Assembly (NCBI GenBank): GCA_030611985.1
Contig: JAUWOS010000001.1
Location: 1 to 48,043 of the forward strand
Length of the DNA: 48,043 bases
Source: Desulfobacterales bacterium
Lineage (GTDB): Bacteria > Desulfobacterota > Desulfobacteria > Desulfobacterales > ETH-SRB1
Direction of reading: 5' to 3'
The notes beneath the pieces are model-generated. The model saw only the letters and a list, made by a program, of their open reading frames with translations, was not told where the DNA came from and made no database searches. Both the position numbers and the translations under genes were made by a program. Below, one piece after another: positions 26,098 through 34,560 of this stretch; positions within the stretch are counted from its first letter, which is position 1, and each line of letters begins with the position of its first letter.

Positions 26098-28269
26098 TCA
26101 ATATTCAGTACGACTATAATAAGTCTTTTGAGAAGCATTTCTTGCTTCTTTTAGAGTATAAATACCTTTTTTTGCCAGAAGCGGAATCAATTTTAGAAAT
26201 ATTTCACCTGTCGCAATAGCATCGCCAAGAGCAGTATGCCTGCCGACAACACTTATACCCAAACGTCCGGCAATTGCTTCCAGGTTGTGATTATTATGGG
26301 CTGGATGCACAACTGCTGAAATAAGCATGGTATCTATCACAGGATTTATAAATTTTACACCTGTTTTTGCTTCTTTTATTTGCAGCATACGCATATCAAA
26401 AGCTGCATTATGGGCAACAAGAACGGTATCCTCAACAAATCGATAAAACATTGGCAATACATTATCAATAGTTGGCTGGCCTTCGAGCATTTCAGACCGA
26501 ATCCCATGAACCCGTATTGATTCATATGGTAAAGAACGCTGCGGATCAATAAACTGATTAAAGAGTTCATCACGCAACAGACGGCAATTTACAATCCGAA
26601 CGGCTCCGATGGAAATGATTTCGTCCCCTCCTCCTGGATTCAATCCTGTTGTTTCAGTATCAAAAACTGTAAACGTCAGTTCGGTTAACGGGCGACTGTC
26701 AAGTTCAGGAATCTGACCGGGCTGGCTGAACAGGTCAAAATCATAAAACTCCGGACGGCTTTCAGGTAAAATCGTTATACTTCTTGTGCTAACATGTTCA
26801 GGAGTTTCAGCAACGGGCAACAATAAGCGAAGATATGATTTATCTTTTGATTTTTTGTGCGAATAAGACCATATTTCCGCTTTATGATAATCAATCACTT
26901 CTTTCAATGTTAATGAAATCCGCTCCTTTTCAACAATTAAAACCTGTTCATTCCACTTTCGTAAGGTTTCGGTTTTTATCGGCATGCCCTTCCAGACAAG
27001 ATCAATATTTACAAATTTTCCCTTTCTCTCCGGTTCACATGTAAATTCAGATTCTCCTGTTTCATTCTTTAATTCATTCAGTACAAAGAGCATAGATAGA
27101 ATTATGGAATAGCTGTCAACCTTAATCCATATCTCCTCATCACAATTTTCAAAATTAATAAGGATGTTCAGCTTCTCTCCGGCCTTTCTTATGATCGATT
27201 CGACAATATCCTTGCCTGGCATCGGAACAAGAGGCCAATATGTTTTAATACGGCTGGAATAATCTGAAACAGTTTTGTCAAGAACATTACCTATACTTAT
27301 GGATTCCTTATTTATAATTTTACCAAATGAGTTCAGTTGTTTCTTGTCCATATCAGGATGCTCAAGCATAACTTCATTAGCGGCCTTGATACCGGCCAGG
27401 GAAGAACGAATACCAACTGCAAGAGATTGCAATATAAAATCCACATTACCATCTTTTTCAAGTTGTTGTGTAATATCGTAAAATATAAGTATAAATCCTG
27501 TAAACCGATTCAGATGGCTTAAAATTGGCGCGGCTTCGACGCGTAAAAACATGTTTCCCTTATCTATAATAACAAAATGCGAAACTATATTCTGCTCCTT
27601 TCGCTTTAATTTTTCAGCTATTTCATCAAGTGCATGCACAATAAGATTTTTGTCAATTACGCCGAATACACTGCGGCCAAGACCTATAAATCGTCCTGAT
27701 TCGGATAGAGGTTCAGAGTCAATGGAATTGTTATTATTACTTGCAAGGAATTGCTTGACACGCTTGTTATATAAAAGAATCCGTCCTTCTGCATTACAAA
27801 CAAGCACACCTTCAGGCAGCTCGGACATAATGGCCGCCAGTATGTTTTTCTCCTCTTCAGATTCCGCTCTTGCAAAATAAATCTTTTTCTCCACATTGTT
27901 CTGCAAATCTTCATAACGATCTGCCGCCTCATTTACAATTTGAGCAAGGCGTATAATATCTTTGCTTCCTTCAATCTTAATACGGTGTGACGGATTTACC
28001 GAATTTATTAAAGTAGCCTCTTCCGCAAGTCTGCCCATCGGAAGAATACAGGTGTGGAAAATTCCATCTAATGCAAATCCCAATCCGGCCAACAGGAGAA
28101 AAACAGCGCTGAAAATATATACGAAATGTTGTTTGATGATATTGATTAAAAGAGACTTTTCTTCCGGCGACAGATGATGCCAGAACAAAACAGCAAGGAT
28201 GGAAATAATAATTAAGGTGATTGAAACAGAAACGGCTGCAAACCACCAGAATTTATTTTTTGGATTCAT
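26098..28269 (-). CDS. membrane sensor-like protein (2 TM, HAMP, PAS, degenerate histidine-kinase-like module) fused to a DnaQ/DEDDh 3'-5' exonuclease domain
   Basis: Exo motifs FDTETTG, HNAAFDMRML, HTALGDAIATGE. N-terminal TM pair, HAMP-like and PAS-like (AIMSELPEGVLVCNAEGRILLYN) segments. H-box-like LAVGIRSSLAGIK has no His. Confidence 0.8.
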   Translation of the reverse strand: MNPKNKFWWFAAVSVSITLIIISILAVLFWHHLSPEEKSLLINIIKQHFVYIFSAVFLLLAGLGFALDGIFHTCILPMGRLAEEATLINSVNPSHRIKIEGSKDIIRLAQIVNEAADRYEDLQNNVEKKIYFARAESEEEKNILAAIMSELPEGVLVCNAEGRILLYNKRVKQFLASNNNNSIDSEPLSESGRFIGLGRSVFGVIDKNLIVHALDEIAEKLKRKEQNIVSHFVIIDKGNMFLRVEAAPILSHLNRFTGFILIFYDITQQLEKDGNVDFILQSLAVGIRSSLAGIKAANEVMLEHPDMDKKQLNSFGKIINKESISIGNVLDKTVSDYSSRIKTYWPLVPMPGKDIVESIIRKAGEKLNILINFENCDEEIWIKVDSYSIILSMLFVLNELKNETGESEFTCEPERKGKFVNIDLVWKGMPIKTETLRKWNEQVLIVEKERISLTLKEVIDYHKAEIWSYSHKKSKDKSYLRLLLPVAETPEHVSTRSITILPESRPEFYDFDLFSQPGQIPELDSRPLTELTFTVFDTETTGLNPGGGDEIISIGAVRIVNCRLLRDELFNQFIDPQRSLPYESIRVHGIRSEMLEGQPTIDNVLPMFYRFVEDTVLVAHNAAFDMRMLQIKEAKTGVKFINPVIDTMLISAVVHPAHNNHNLEAIAGRLGISVVGRHTALGDAIATGEIFLKLIPLLAKKGIYTLKEARNASQKTYYSRTEY

Positions 28270-28298
28270 TCAGGATATCTTCAGGTAATTCTTGTTGA

Positions 28299-28370
28299 GG
28301 AAGTTATTTCGTCCACGTTCCTAACCGCACAGCTCGCAAAGCCGTGGAAGTTATTTCGTCCACGTTCCCT
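28299..28370 (-). repeat. two tandem MITE-B termini separated by 23 bp
   Basis: GGAAGTTATTTCGTCCACGTTCCT (28299-28322) and GGAAGTTATTTCGTCCACGTTCCCT (28346-28370). Both are translated as the tail of the PASTA ORF. Confidence 0.8.
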
Positions 28371-29362
28371 ATCAGTTTATTATCTTCATAAAGAAAAACA
28401 GTTGAATTATTGTTGGGTATTAAAAGCCGGATTTCTTTGCCCGGATTCACAAAATCATCAAAAAGATCTATTGAGAACCCAAAGCTGTTTAACTGTACAC
28501 GAATATGTCTTTTTAAAAACCCCTCTTTAAGTCTATAGCTGAAAAGACTGACTCTTTTTGCGCCACGTAAATATTTCAGGCCTTTTTCGCCAGGCTCTCT
28601 GTTTATTGTAATATTAACCTGTGTTCCCTCAATTGTTCGATGGCCGGATAGCGGCTTTTGAATTATAATGACATTTTTTGGTTTATCTTTATGAAAAGAA
28701 GATTTTATCTCCCCAAGCAACAGATCGCTCCTTTCGATTAAGAGTATTGCATCATCAAGAAAAAGCCCTTCAAGATCAGGCATCTTATATGCTTTTGGCT
28801 GAACCCCAATGCTCACAAGAAGATCCACACTCTCTTCCCGCTTTATCATAGCGCCTGATGAAGGAGTCTGGGTAATAATTACCTCTTTTTTGATATCCTT
28901 GCTGTATGTGCTGGATAGTATACCCTGGCGCAAATCGTTTTCTTCCAGGATTATACGTGCCTGTCGGACCGAAAGTCCTTTTAGATTGGGCGTCAAAATA
29001 GTTCTGGCGCCTTTTGAAATGATTATCCTGACATCACGTCCCTTTTTTATTTCTGCGCCAGGTCCCGGTTCCTGAAAAATTATGTGGTCTGCTGGAATGT
29101 CGGAGCTGTATTCAGATCTCTTAATCTTTGTATTAAGCCCAAGATCCGACAGGATTTCAAGAACATATACTATGTCTTTTCCTGCAAGATCAGGAACGAC
29201 AATGGTATCTTCACTCTTTATTATAAAAGTGAGCGTGAGATAGGTACTAATCCCGACAATTGCAATAAATGCAATAAATAAAATAGCTATTTTTACAACA
29301 CGTGCAATCACTTCAGCAACACCGTTTAAAACATACTGAAAAGAAACCGTCCATATTGTCAA
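28304..29362 (-). CDS. PASTA-domain membrane protein (three PASTA repeats)
   Basis: N-terminal TM and three repeats of the type VPDLxGxxxxxAxxxLxxxGL...G. The last 22 or so codons and the stop are encoded by MITE-B termini. Confidence 0.75.
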   Translation of the reverse strand: MTIWTVSFQYVLNGVAEVIARVVKIAILFIAFIAIVGISTYLTLTFIIKSEDTIVVPDLAGKDIVYVLEILSDLGLNTKIKRSEYSSDIPADHIIFQEPGPGAEIKKGRDVRIIISKGARTILTPNLKGLSVRQARIILEENDLRQGILSSTYSKDIKKEVIITQTPSSGAMIKREESVDLLVSIGVQPKAYKMPDLEGLFLDDAILLIERSDLLLGEIKSSFHKDKPKNVIIIQKPLSGHRTIEGTQVNITINREPGEKGLKYLRGAKRVSLFSYRLKEGFLKRHIRVQLNSFGFSIDLFDDFVNPGKEIRLLIPNNNSTVFLYEDNKLIGNVDEITSTALRAVRLGTWTK

Positions 29363-30671
29363 GATGGGGAAATGTCATTAAATATCCGTTTTTGGTAACA
29401 AGACAGCGAGCATTAAAAGGCAGTCCTGCAAGCTTGTTATCTATAACAAATTCAGGATGCTTATTCAAAAAACATTTTACTACTTCTTCATTTTCCTCCG
29501 GTTCTGTGCTGCACACAGAATAAACCAGGGTTCCCGACGGTTTGACAAGATGCGCCAGTCTGTCAAGAAATGCTATCTGCCTCTTTTTGTAAAATATCAG
29601 GTTTTTTTTTAACAGCAGCCATTTTGTATCCGGATTTCTTCGCAGAACACCCAGCCCTGAGCATGGTGCATCTAAAAGAATGTGATCGAACATAATGAAA
29701 CATTTTTTGCTTAAGGGCTTGTTCAAATCGTGAGAGCAGGTTTCAACAATTGAAATTCCAAGTCGATTCATTTCGGATTCCAAGAGTAAAAGCTTCTCTT
29801 TGTTTTTGTCAACAGCGAAAATTTTGCCGCTATTTTTCATCATCTGAGCAATATGCCCTGTTTTTCCGCCAAGACCAGCGCATGCATCTAAAACAATATC
29901 ACCTGGCCGAGGATTCAAAAGAAGGGTGACAATCTGCGATGCCTCATCCTGAACCTGAAACCATCCATCTTTAAAGGCTTTTATTTCCGGAATAGATCTC
30001 TCTGGTCTGAAAAAAGAAACTCCATCAGGCGCATAATTCGTTTGCTTGATCTTTTCAACATCATCTTCAATGGATTTAATCAGTTTTTCGCGGGTAGTTT
30101 TGAGTCTATTTGTGCGTATGGTAATAGGAGGAATTTTATTTATTGCATTGCAAACCGCTTCGGTTTCTTCAAAGCCAAAGCGGTTCAGCCATCTTTTTAT
30201 CAGCCATTTTGGAAATGACTTTTTTGCTGCCAATGCACCTGCGGGGTCTTTATCAGCGTCCGGAAAGGGAACTTTTTTATATCCCCTCACAGCATTGCGC
30301 AAGAGCGCATTTACAAACTTAGCAATCCAGGGCGCAGATAGTGACTTGGCCATTTCAACAGATGTATTAACTGCGGCAAAGACAGGTATCTTATTTAAAT
30401 ATATTATTTGAAAAAGTCCTAATCGCAGGATGTTTAAAATTCTGGGATCAATCTTGTTTAAACGAGTTTTAGAAAAATAGGCTATTATCCAGTCGAGAGC
30501 GCCACGCCATCTCAGAACACCATAGGTCAGAGCATAAAGCAAAGACCTGTCTCTTCGTGAAAAATGAGGATTTCCCGCAAAAACATCTTCTAATATTCTA
30601 TCCAAAGTTTTGTGTTGTTTATCCAGACTATTTAAGATAAACAACGCTGTTTTACGTGCATCACTTGCCAA
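29313..30671 (-). CDS. rsmB: 16S rRNA (cytosine967-C5)-methyltransferase
   Basis: NusB-like N-terminal domain, SAM motif DACAGLGGKT, catalytic Cys regions DAPCSG and YSVCS. TTG start with GAGG upstream. Confidence 0.9.
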   Translation of the reverse strand: MASDARKTALFILNSLDKQHKTLDRILEDVFAGNPHFSRRDRSLLYALTYGVLRWRGALDWIIAYFSKTRLNKIDPRILNILRLGLFQIIYLNKIPVFAAVNTSVEMAKSLSAPWIAKFVNALLRNAVRGYKKVPFPDADKDPAGALAAKKSFPKWLIKRWLNRFGFEETEAVCNAINKIPPITIRTNRLKTTREKLIKSIEDDVEKIKQTNYAPDGVSFFRPERSIPEIKAFKDGWFQVQDEASQIVTLLLNPRPGDIVLDACAGLGGKTGHIAQMMKNSGKIFAVDKNKEKLLLLESEMNRLGISIVETCSHDLNKPLSKKCFIMFDHILLDAPCSGLGVLRRNPDTKWLLLKKNLIFYKKRQIAFLDRLAHLVKPSGTLVYSVCSTEPEENEEVVKCFLNKHPEFVIDNKLAGLPFNARCLVTKNGYLMTFPHLDNMDGFFSVCFKRCC

Positions 30672-30774
30672 GAACTTAACCTCACTTCGCGATTAGTTGA
30701 GTGGTTGAGTGGTTGTTTCAATGGCGACTGTAAATCTCGGATTTGTTTTAATGTTTCTTTTGCCCGGGATGTTT

Positions 30775-30968
30775 AGGGACGTGGACGAAATAACTTCCGC
30801 AACTATGCATCACAGCTTCAGGCCACCTTCAACCAATCTCAAATCACAAAAGTATTAAAATAGCTCGCTATTCCTTCAACTTTTGTGATCTGAGGCCGGA
30901 TTTGAGATTGGGCAAATCTGACCCAAATCTATGCGCCTACTTGCGGAAGTTAATTCGTCCACGTTCCT
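30775..30968. mobile_element. MITE-B full copy (alpha arm left, beta arm right), best-preserved reference copy
   Basis: AGGGACGTGGACGAAATAACTTCCGCAACTATGCATCACAGCTTCAGGCC...AATAGCTCGCTATT...GCGCCTACTTGCGGAAGTTAATTCGTCCACGTTCCT. TTA flanks both sides. Confidence 0.85.
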
Positions 30969-32731
30969 TATTTCGTGCTTTCTGCAAGTTTTTCGACTGC
31001 CAGATTCTTTAATTCATAGAAGATGTCAGTAATTTCTACATTCTGTGGACAGTGTTCCTGACATTGATAGCAGGTCAGACAATCCCAAATCATCTTTGAA
31101 CCTGAAGCCATTTCAATAAGGTCCAAACCGAGACAACACATAATTTGATGCGGCAACAGGCCGAGGATTTCTTCAGGCTTGTCGTAGTTGCCCACCACAG
31201 GGCATACGGTAGTGCAATTCTGACAGCCAAAACAACAGGCAAAGGTATTGTCTGTGAGCCGGTGTTCCAAATCTTTGCTTTCTTCACTTTTGAAAGATAG
31301 AGGCATATCCGGATCCATAAGTAAATCGAATTTACCTGCTACAGCTTGCTTGGCCAGCTTCATGGGTTTAGGGTAGTCGTGCTTTGACAGATAGACTTGA
31401 TTTAAGCCCCTGAAAAAAGAAAGAGGAGAAAGAACCATAGGTTCCGGATACGCCCTTTGAACCAGATCCTCACGTACGTTAAACCACAATTCTTTCAGAT
31501 TGATTCCGGCAGGGCAGACTACTGTGCATCGATCACAGTTTGTGCAAAGGTAAATCCCTTCCTGAATAGCTTTCAACTCTTTCAAACTGAGGTTTTTTCC
31601 AGCGGCCAGACTCTTTAGAAAATCCATCTTTTCTGAAGGTAGAATATATTCATTGCGAAAAACCTCAAATGCCATTATGACGGAACACCGCAGGCTGCAA
31701 GTTCCGCAGTGCATACAGGCATCCAGCTCCATTGCTTGCCTTGTTGCGATATTTGCCGGGTTCGATTTATCCCTTTCCATGACAGCATTGGCAAGTAAAG
31801 ATATGGGAGTGACTATGATATGGAACATTTTACTGAAAGGAAGATAGGCCAGGCCAAAAAAGCAGGCAAAAATATGGATATACCACAATGAGTTAGAGAT
31901 TTTTGCCCGATCCAACGTTGTGGCAATCGGACCGGCAATTTTGGCCAGAGTATATCCTGCAAAGGCCCATTTCGCAGAGGAATGACAGCCGGCGCAATTC
32001 ATCTCGTGAATTTCCCTGCCTTGTTCCAAAATTTTCCGATCAAATGGTTTTTTCAAATTTGGGGAAACCACGCCAAAATCTTGAATCCAGAAGCTTTCAA
32101 GGGCTCGTATTTCCTCTTTGTCATCTATATTGCTCCAAGCATCTACCATGCTTTGAAACTCAGAGTGAGATGTAATTTTTGTCCCTTCCAGAAGTATGCC
32201 GGAAATCATAATGACAGCAAGAATAATAATAGCGTAGCGATCCATGGCATTGGTCTTGAGACGAGGCGCCTTTAACATAAATCGTCGATATATTGCGATC
32301 CCCAGTCCTGCGATTACCATGATAGCAAAGAGATCTCTTAGGAAAAGAAAAGGATTTAGCGTGGAATAATACTCTCCGAACACAGGCTCGGTTATAAATC
32401 TATGAAGAGCATGCATCAAAAGCAGCAGCGTAAAACCGCTATATATGAGCATGTGCATCAACCAACGGAGAAAACTTTCTCCGGCAATCCTTTTCTGTAA
32501 TACCACATCAAGTATAAAAACCTTGATAAGAATCAGTATCTTTAGGCTGAAAATAACTCCGAACAAGCCTTTGATAGCCGCAGACAATCTTCCGGAAGTT
32601 GTGATATCGTCAGATAGTATGCCTATTTTTTGTGAGAACCATGTGGAAATCTTGTAGAGCAACCCGATGGTGAAAATAAAAAGAGAGGTATAAAGAAGGA
32701 TGGTAAATATCATGTCATACATTTCTTTCAT
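30968..32731 (-). CDS. membrane-anchored iron-sulfur oxidoreductase (NarI/DsrM-like TM domain fused to ferredoxin-type 4Fe-4S domains, Hdr/DsrK-related)
   Basis: Several TM helices with conserved His, four CxxCxxCxxxCP-type clusters (CMHCGTCSLRC, CTNCDRCTVVCP, CCFGCQNCTTVCP, CLTCYQCQEHCP), and one CAGCH motif. Start set at ATG 32731. Confidence 0.55.
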   Translation of the reverse strand: MKEMYDMIFTILLYTSLFIFTIGLLYKISTWFSQKIGILSDDITTSGRLSAAIKGLFGVIFSLKILILIKVFILDVVLQKRIAGESFLRWLMHMLIYSGFTLLLLMHALHRFITEPVFGEYYSTLNPFLFLRDLFAIMVIAGLGIAIYRRFMLKAPRLKTNAMDRYAIIILAVIMISGILLEGTKITSHSEFQSMVDAWSNIDDKEEIRALESFWIQDFGVVSPNLKKPFDRKILEQGREIHEMNCAGCHSSAKWAFAGYTLAKIAGPIATTLDRAKISNSLWYIHIFACFFGLAYLPFSKMFHIIVTPISLLANAVMERDKSNPANIATRQAMELDACMHCGTCSLRCSVIMAFEVFRNEYILPSEKMDFLKSLAAGKNLSLKELKAIQEGIYLCTNCDRCTVVCPAGINLKELWFNVREDLVQRAYPEPMVLSPLSFFRGLNQVYLSKHDYPKPMKLAKQAVAGKFDLLMDPDMPLSFKSEESKDLEHRLTDNTFACCFGCQNCTTVCPVVGNYDKPEEILGLLPHQIMCCLGLDLIEMASGSKMIWDCLTCYQCQEHCPQNVEITDIFYELKNLAVEKLAESTK

Positions 32732-32747
32732 TTGTGAAAAAAAACGC

Positions 32748-33491
32748 TTATTTAGATACTCGCTGTCTGAATGCCTCATACATAACAACCGCACTTGCCA
32801 CAGAGGCATTCAGAGAATTTACCTGCCCTTTTTGAGGGATGGAAATCAAAAGATCGCAATGTTTTTTAACAAGAGGACGTATTCCTTTTTCCTCGCCGCC
32901 AATAACAATGGCCATCGAATCTGAAAAATCACAGGAAAAAACGGATTTTTTTGCAACTCTATCCATACCTGCAATCCACAGCTTTTTTTTCTTCAAAGCC
33001 TTGATCGTATTTACCAGGTTTGTAACCCGTGATAGAAAGATATGTTCAAGAGCTCCTGCAGATGTTCTTGACACAGCAGGAGTAGGGGGCGCTGATCGAT
33101 CTTTTGGAATAATGACGCCGTCGATTCCAACGCAAAGCCCTGTTCTGATTATAGCTCCAAGGTTGTGAGGATCAAGTATATTATCCAGCAACAACAAAAA
33201 GTGCCCGTTATCATTAAGTCCGGGCCTATCAACAATATCATTAAGTTCGACTAAAGGATATGGGCTTGCACTGGCCGCTATCCCCTGATGCAAATCACTT
33301 CCTGCTATTGATTTAATCTGCGCATATTTTATCCTTCTTACAGGAATCCTTTTAGATTCGGCAAGCGCTATTATTCCTCCAAGACGCTTTGAAGTTTTAT
33401 CTTTTGCAATATAAAGCTCAAAGAAATCCCTTCTGTCTGCTTTAAGAGCTTCAAAAACAGGATGAATTCCATAAAGTATTTCTGTTTTCAT
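32748..33491 (-). CDS. rlmB: 23S rRNA (guanosine-2'-O)-methyltransferase, SpoU/TrmH family
   Basis: SpoU substrate-binding N-terminal part and SPOUT motifs (LDNILDPHNLGAIIRT, IVIGGEEKGI, SLNASVASAV). Start trimmed to ATG 33491. Confidence 0.8.
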   Translation of the reverse strand: MKTEILYGIHPVFEALKADRRDFFELYIAKDKTSKRLGGIIALAESKRIPVRRIKYAQIKSIAGSDLHQGIAASASPYPLVELNDIVDRPGLNDNGHFLLLLDNILDPHNLGAIIRTGLCVGIDGVIIPKDRSAPPTPAVSRTSAGALEHIFLSRVTNLVNTIKALKKKKLWIAGMDRVAKKSVFSCDFSDSMAIVIGGEEKGIRPLVKKHCDLLISIPQKGQVNSLNASVASAVVMYEAFRQRVSK

Positions 33492-33528
33492 ATTCAAAGT
33501 ATAAATCACCTGAAATTTTAAACAAGCC

Positions 33529-33548
33529 AGGAACATGGACGAAATAAC
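33529..33548 (+). repeat. MITE-B terminus cut by a MITE-A insertion
   Basis: AGGAACATGGACGAAATAAC is immediately followed by GTAAGCGTTCAC. Confidence 0.7.
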
Positions 33549-33629
33549 GTAAGCGTTCACGGAAGAACCGGTAGTATAAGACTATCTCCCAGCACGTAAG
33601 CGTTCACAGGTGCTGTAGATGTGCGTTTT
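33549..33629 (-). mobile_element. MITE-A partial copy (about 81 bp)
   Basis: GTAAGCGTTCACGGAAGAACCGGTAG...GTAAGCGTTCACAGGTGCTGTAGATGTGCGTTTT. Encodes the last 8 or so codons and the stop of gmk. Confidence 0.75.
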
Positions 33630-34233
33630 TATGATATTTTTCTATAATTGATACAAGCTCTGTAATAGCTTCTGATAACCGATCATTTACAACAACGTGA
33701 CGATAAATATCTTTCTTTGCTATCTCTTTCCGGGCATTTGCAAGACGTTTTGCAATTACATCCCTGTTGTCGGTGCCTCTTGATTTCAGACGGGCTCTAA
33801 GAGTGTCTAATGACGGAGGCATAATAAAAACGGTAATGCTGTCAGGGTATTGCTTTAATATCCGAATAGTGCCCTGAACATCTATGTCAAGAAGCACATC
33901 GTTACCGCACGTTAAACAATTGTTTATAAATTTGGCGGAAGTGCCATAAAAATTGCCATGAACCTCTGCCCACTCCGCCCATTTGCAACTTCTTATTCCT
34001 TTTTCAAAATCCTCTTGTGAAATAAAATAGTAGTCAACTCCATTCTGTTCTCTCCCGCGTGGCTTCCTTGTTGTGTGCGATACCGAATAAACCATATTCT
34101 TGAATCGGTCAAGCAGAGCCTTGCAAAGAGTTGTCTTGCCCGCTCCCGACGGTGCGGAAATAATAAAAAGATGACCTTTGCTGCAAAAGCGCTTTTTTAT
34201 TAATTTTTTGTTCTTAATTTTTTGTTCATCCAA
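33604..34233 (-). CDS. gmk: guanylate kinase
   Basis: P-loop SAPSGAGKTT and GMP-binding region SHTTRKPRGREQNGVDYYF. Confidence 0.9.
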   Translation of the reverse strand: MDEQKIKNKKLIKKRFCSKGHLFIISAPSGAGKTTLCKALLDRFKNMVYSVSHTTRKPRGREQNGVDYYFISQEDFEKGIRSCKWAEWAEVHGNFYGTSAKFINNCLTCGNDVLLDIDVQGTIRILKQYPDSITVFIMPPSLDTLRARLKSRGTDNRDVIAKRLANARKEIAKKDIYRHVVVNDRLSEAITELVSIIEKYHKNAHLQHL

Positions 34234-34239
34234 AACAGT

Positions 34240-34560
34240 TCATTCTGATGCGTTAAGAGTGAGGTACCGCTGGGATATTGTTTCCGGATGTAATGCCGAG
34301 AGAATAATATGATTGCTGTCCGTAATAATTATAGACCTGGTTTTACGGCCATGCGTTGCATCTACAAGTCGTTTATCATCTTTTGCTTCGTCTTTAAGAC
34401 GCTTCATCGGAGCGGAATTTGGAGACACAATGGCTATAACCCGATCAGCAACAACATTACTTCCATGACCTATATTCAACAAACTTTGTTCCATGTTGCC
34501 TGCGGATTGATTCCCTGGCTGCTTTCTCTTCTTTTGGGTATTCAACAAATCTTGTTCCAT
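34240..34560 (-). CDS. remA: RemA/DUF370 family regulator
   Basis: [64 protein letters not shown] is RemA-like. Two candidate starts (34560 with GGGAGG upstream; 34494) arise from a duplicated start region. Confidence 0.75.
   Translation of the reverse strand: MEQDLLNTQKKRKQPGNQSAGNMEQSLLNIGHGSNVVADRVIAIVSPNSAPMKRLKDEAKDDKRLVDATHGRKTRSIIITDSNHIILSALHPETISQRYLTLNASE

Noticed and set aside
28299-28370. A mini CRISPR array (repeat-spacer-repeat).
   Set aside because: There are only two repeats. The repeat is identical to the MITE-B terminal inverted repeat found all over the window. It is 23 nt long with a 23-nt spacer (short for CRISPR). There are no cas genes and no leader.
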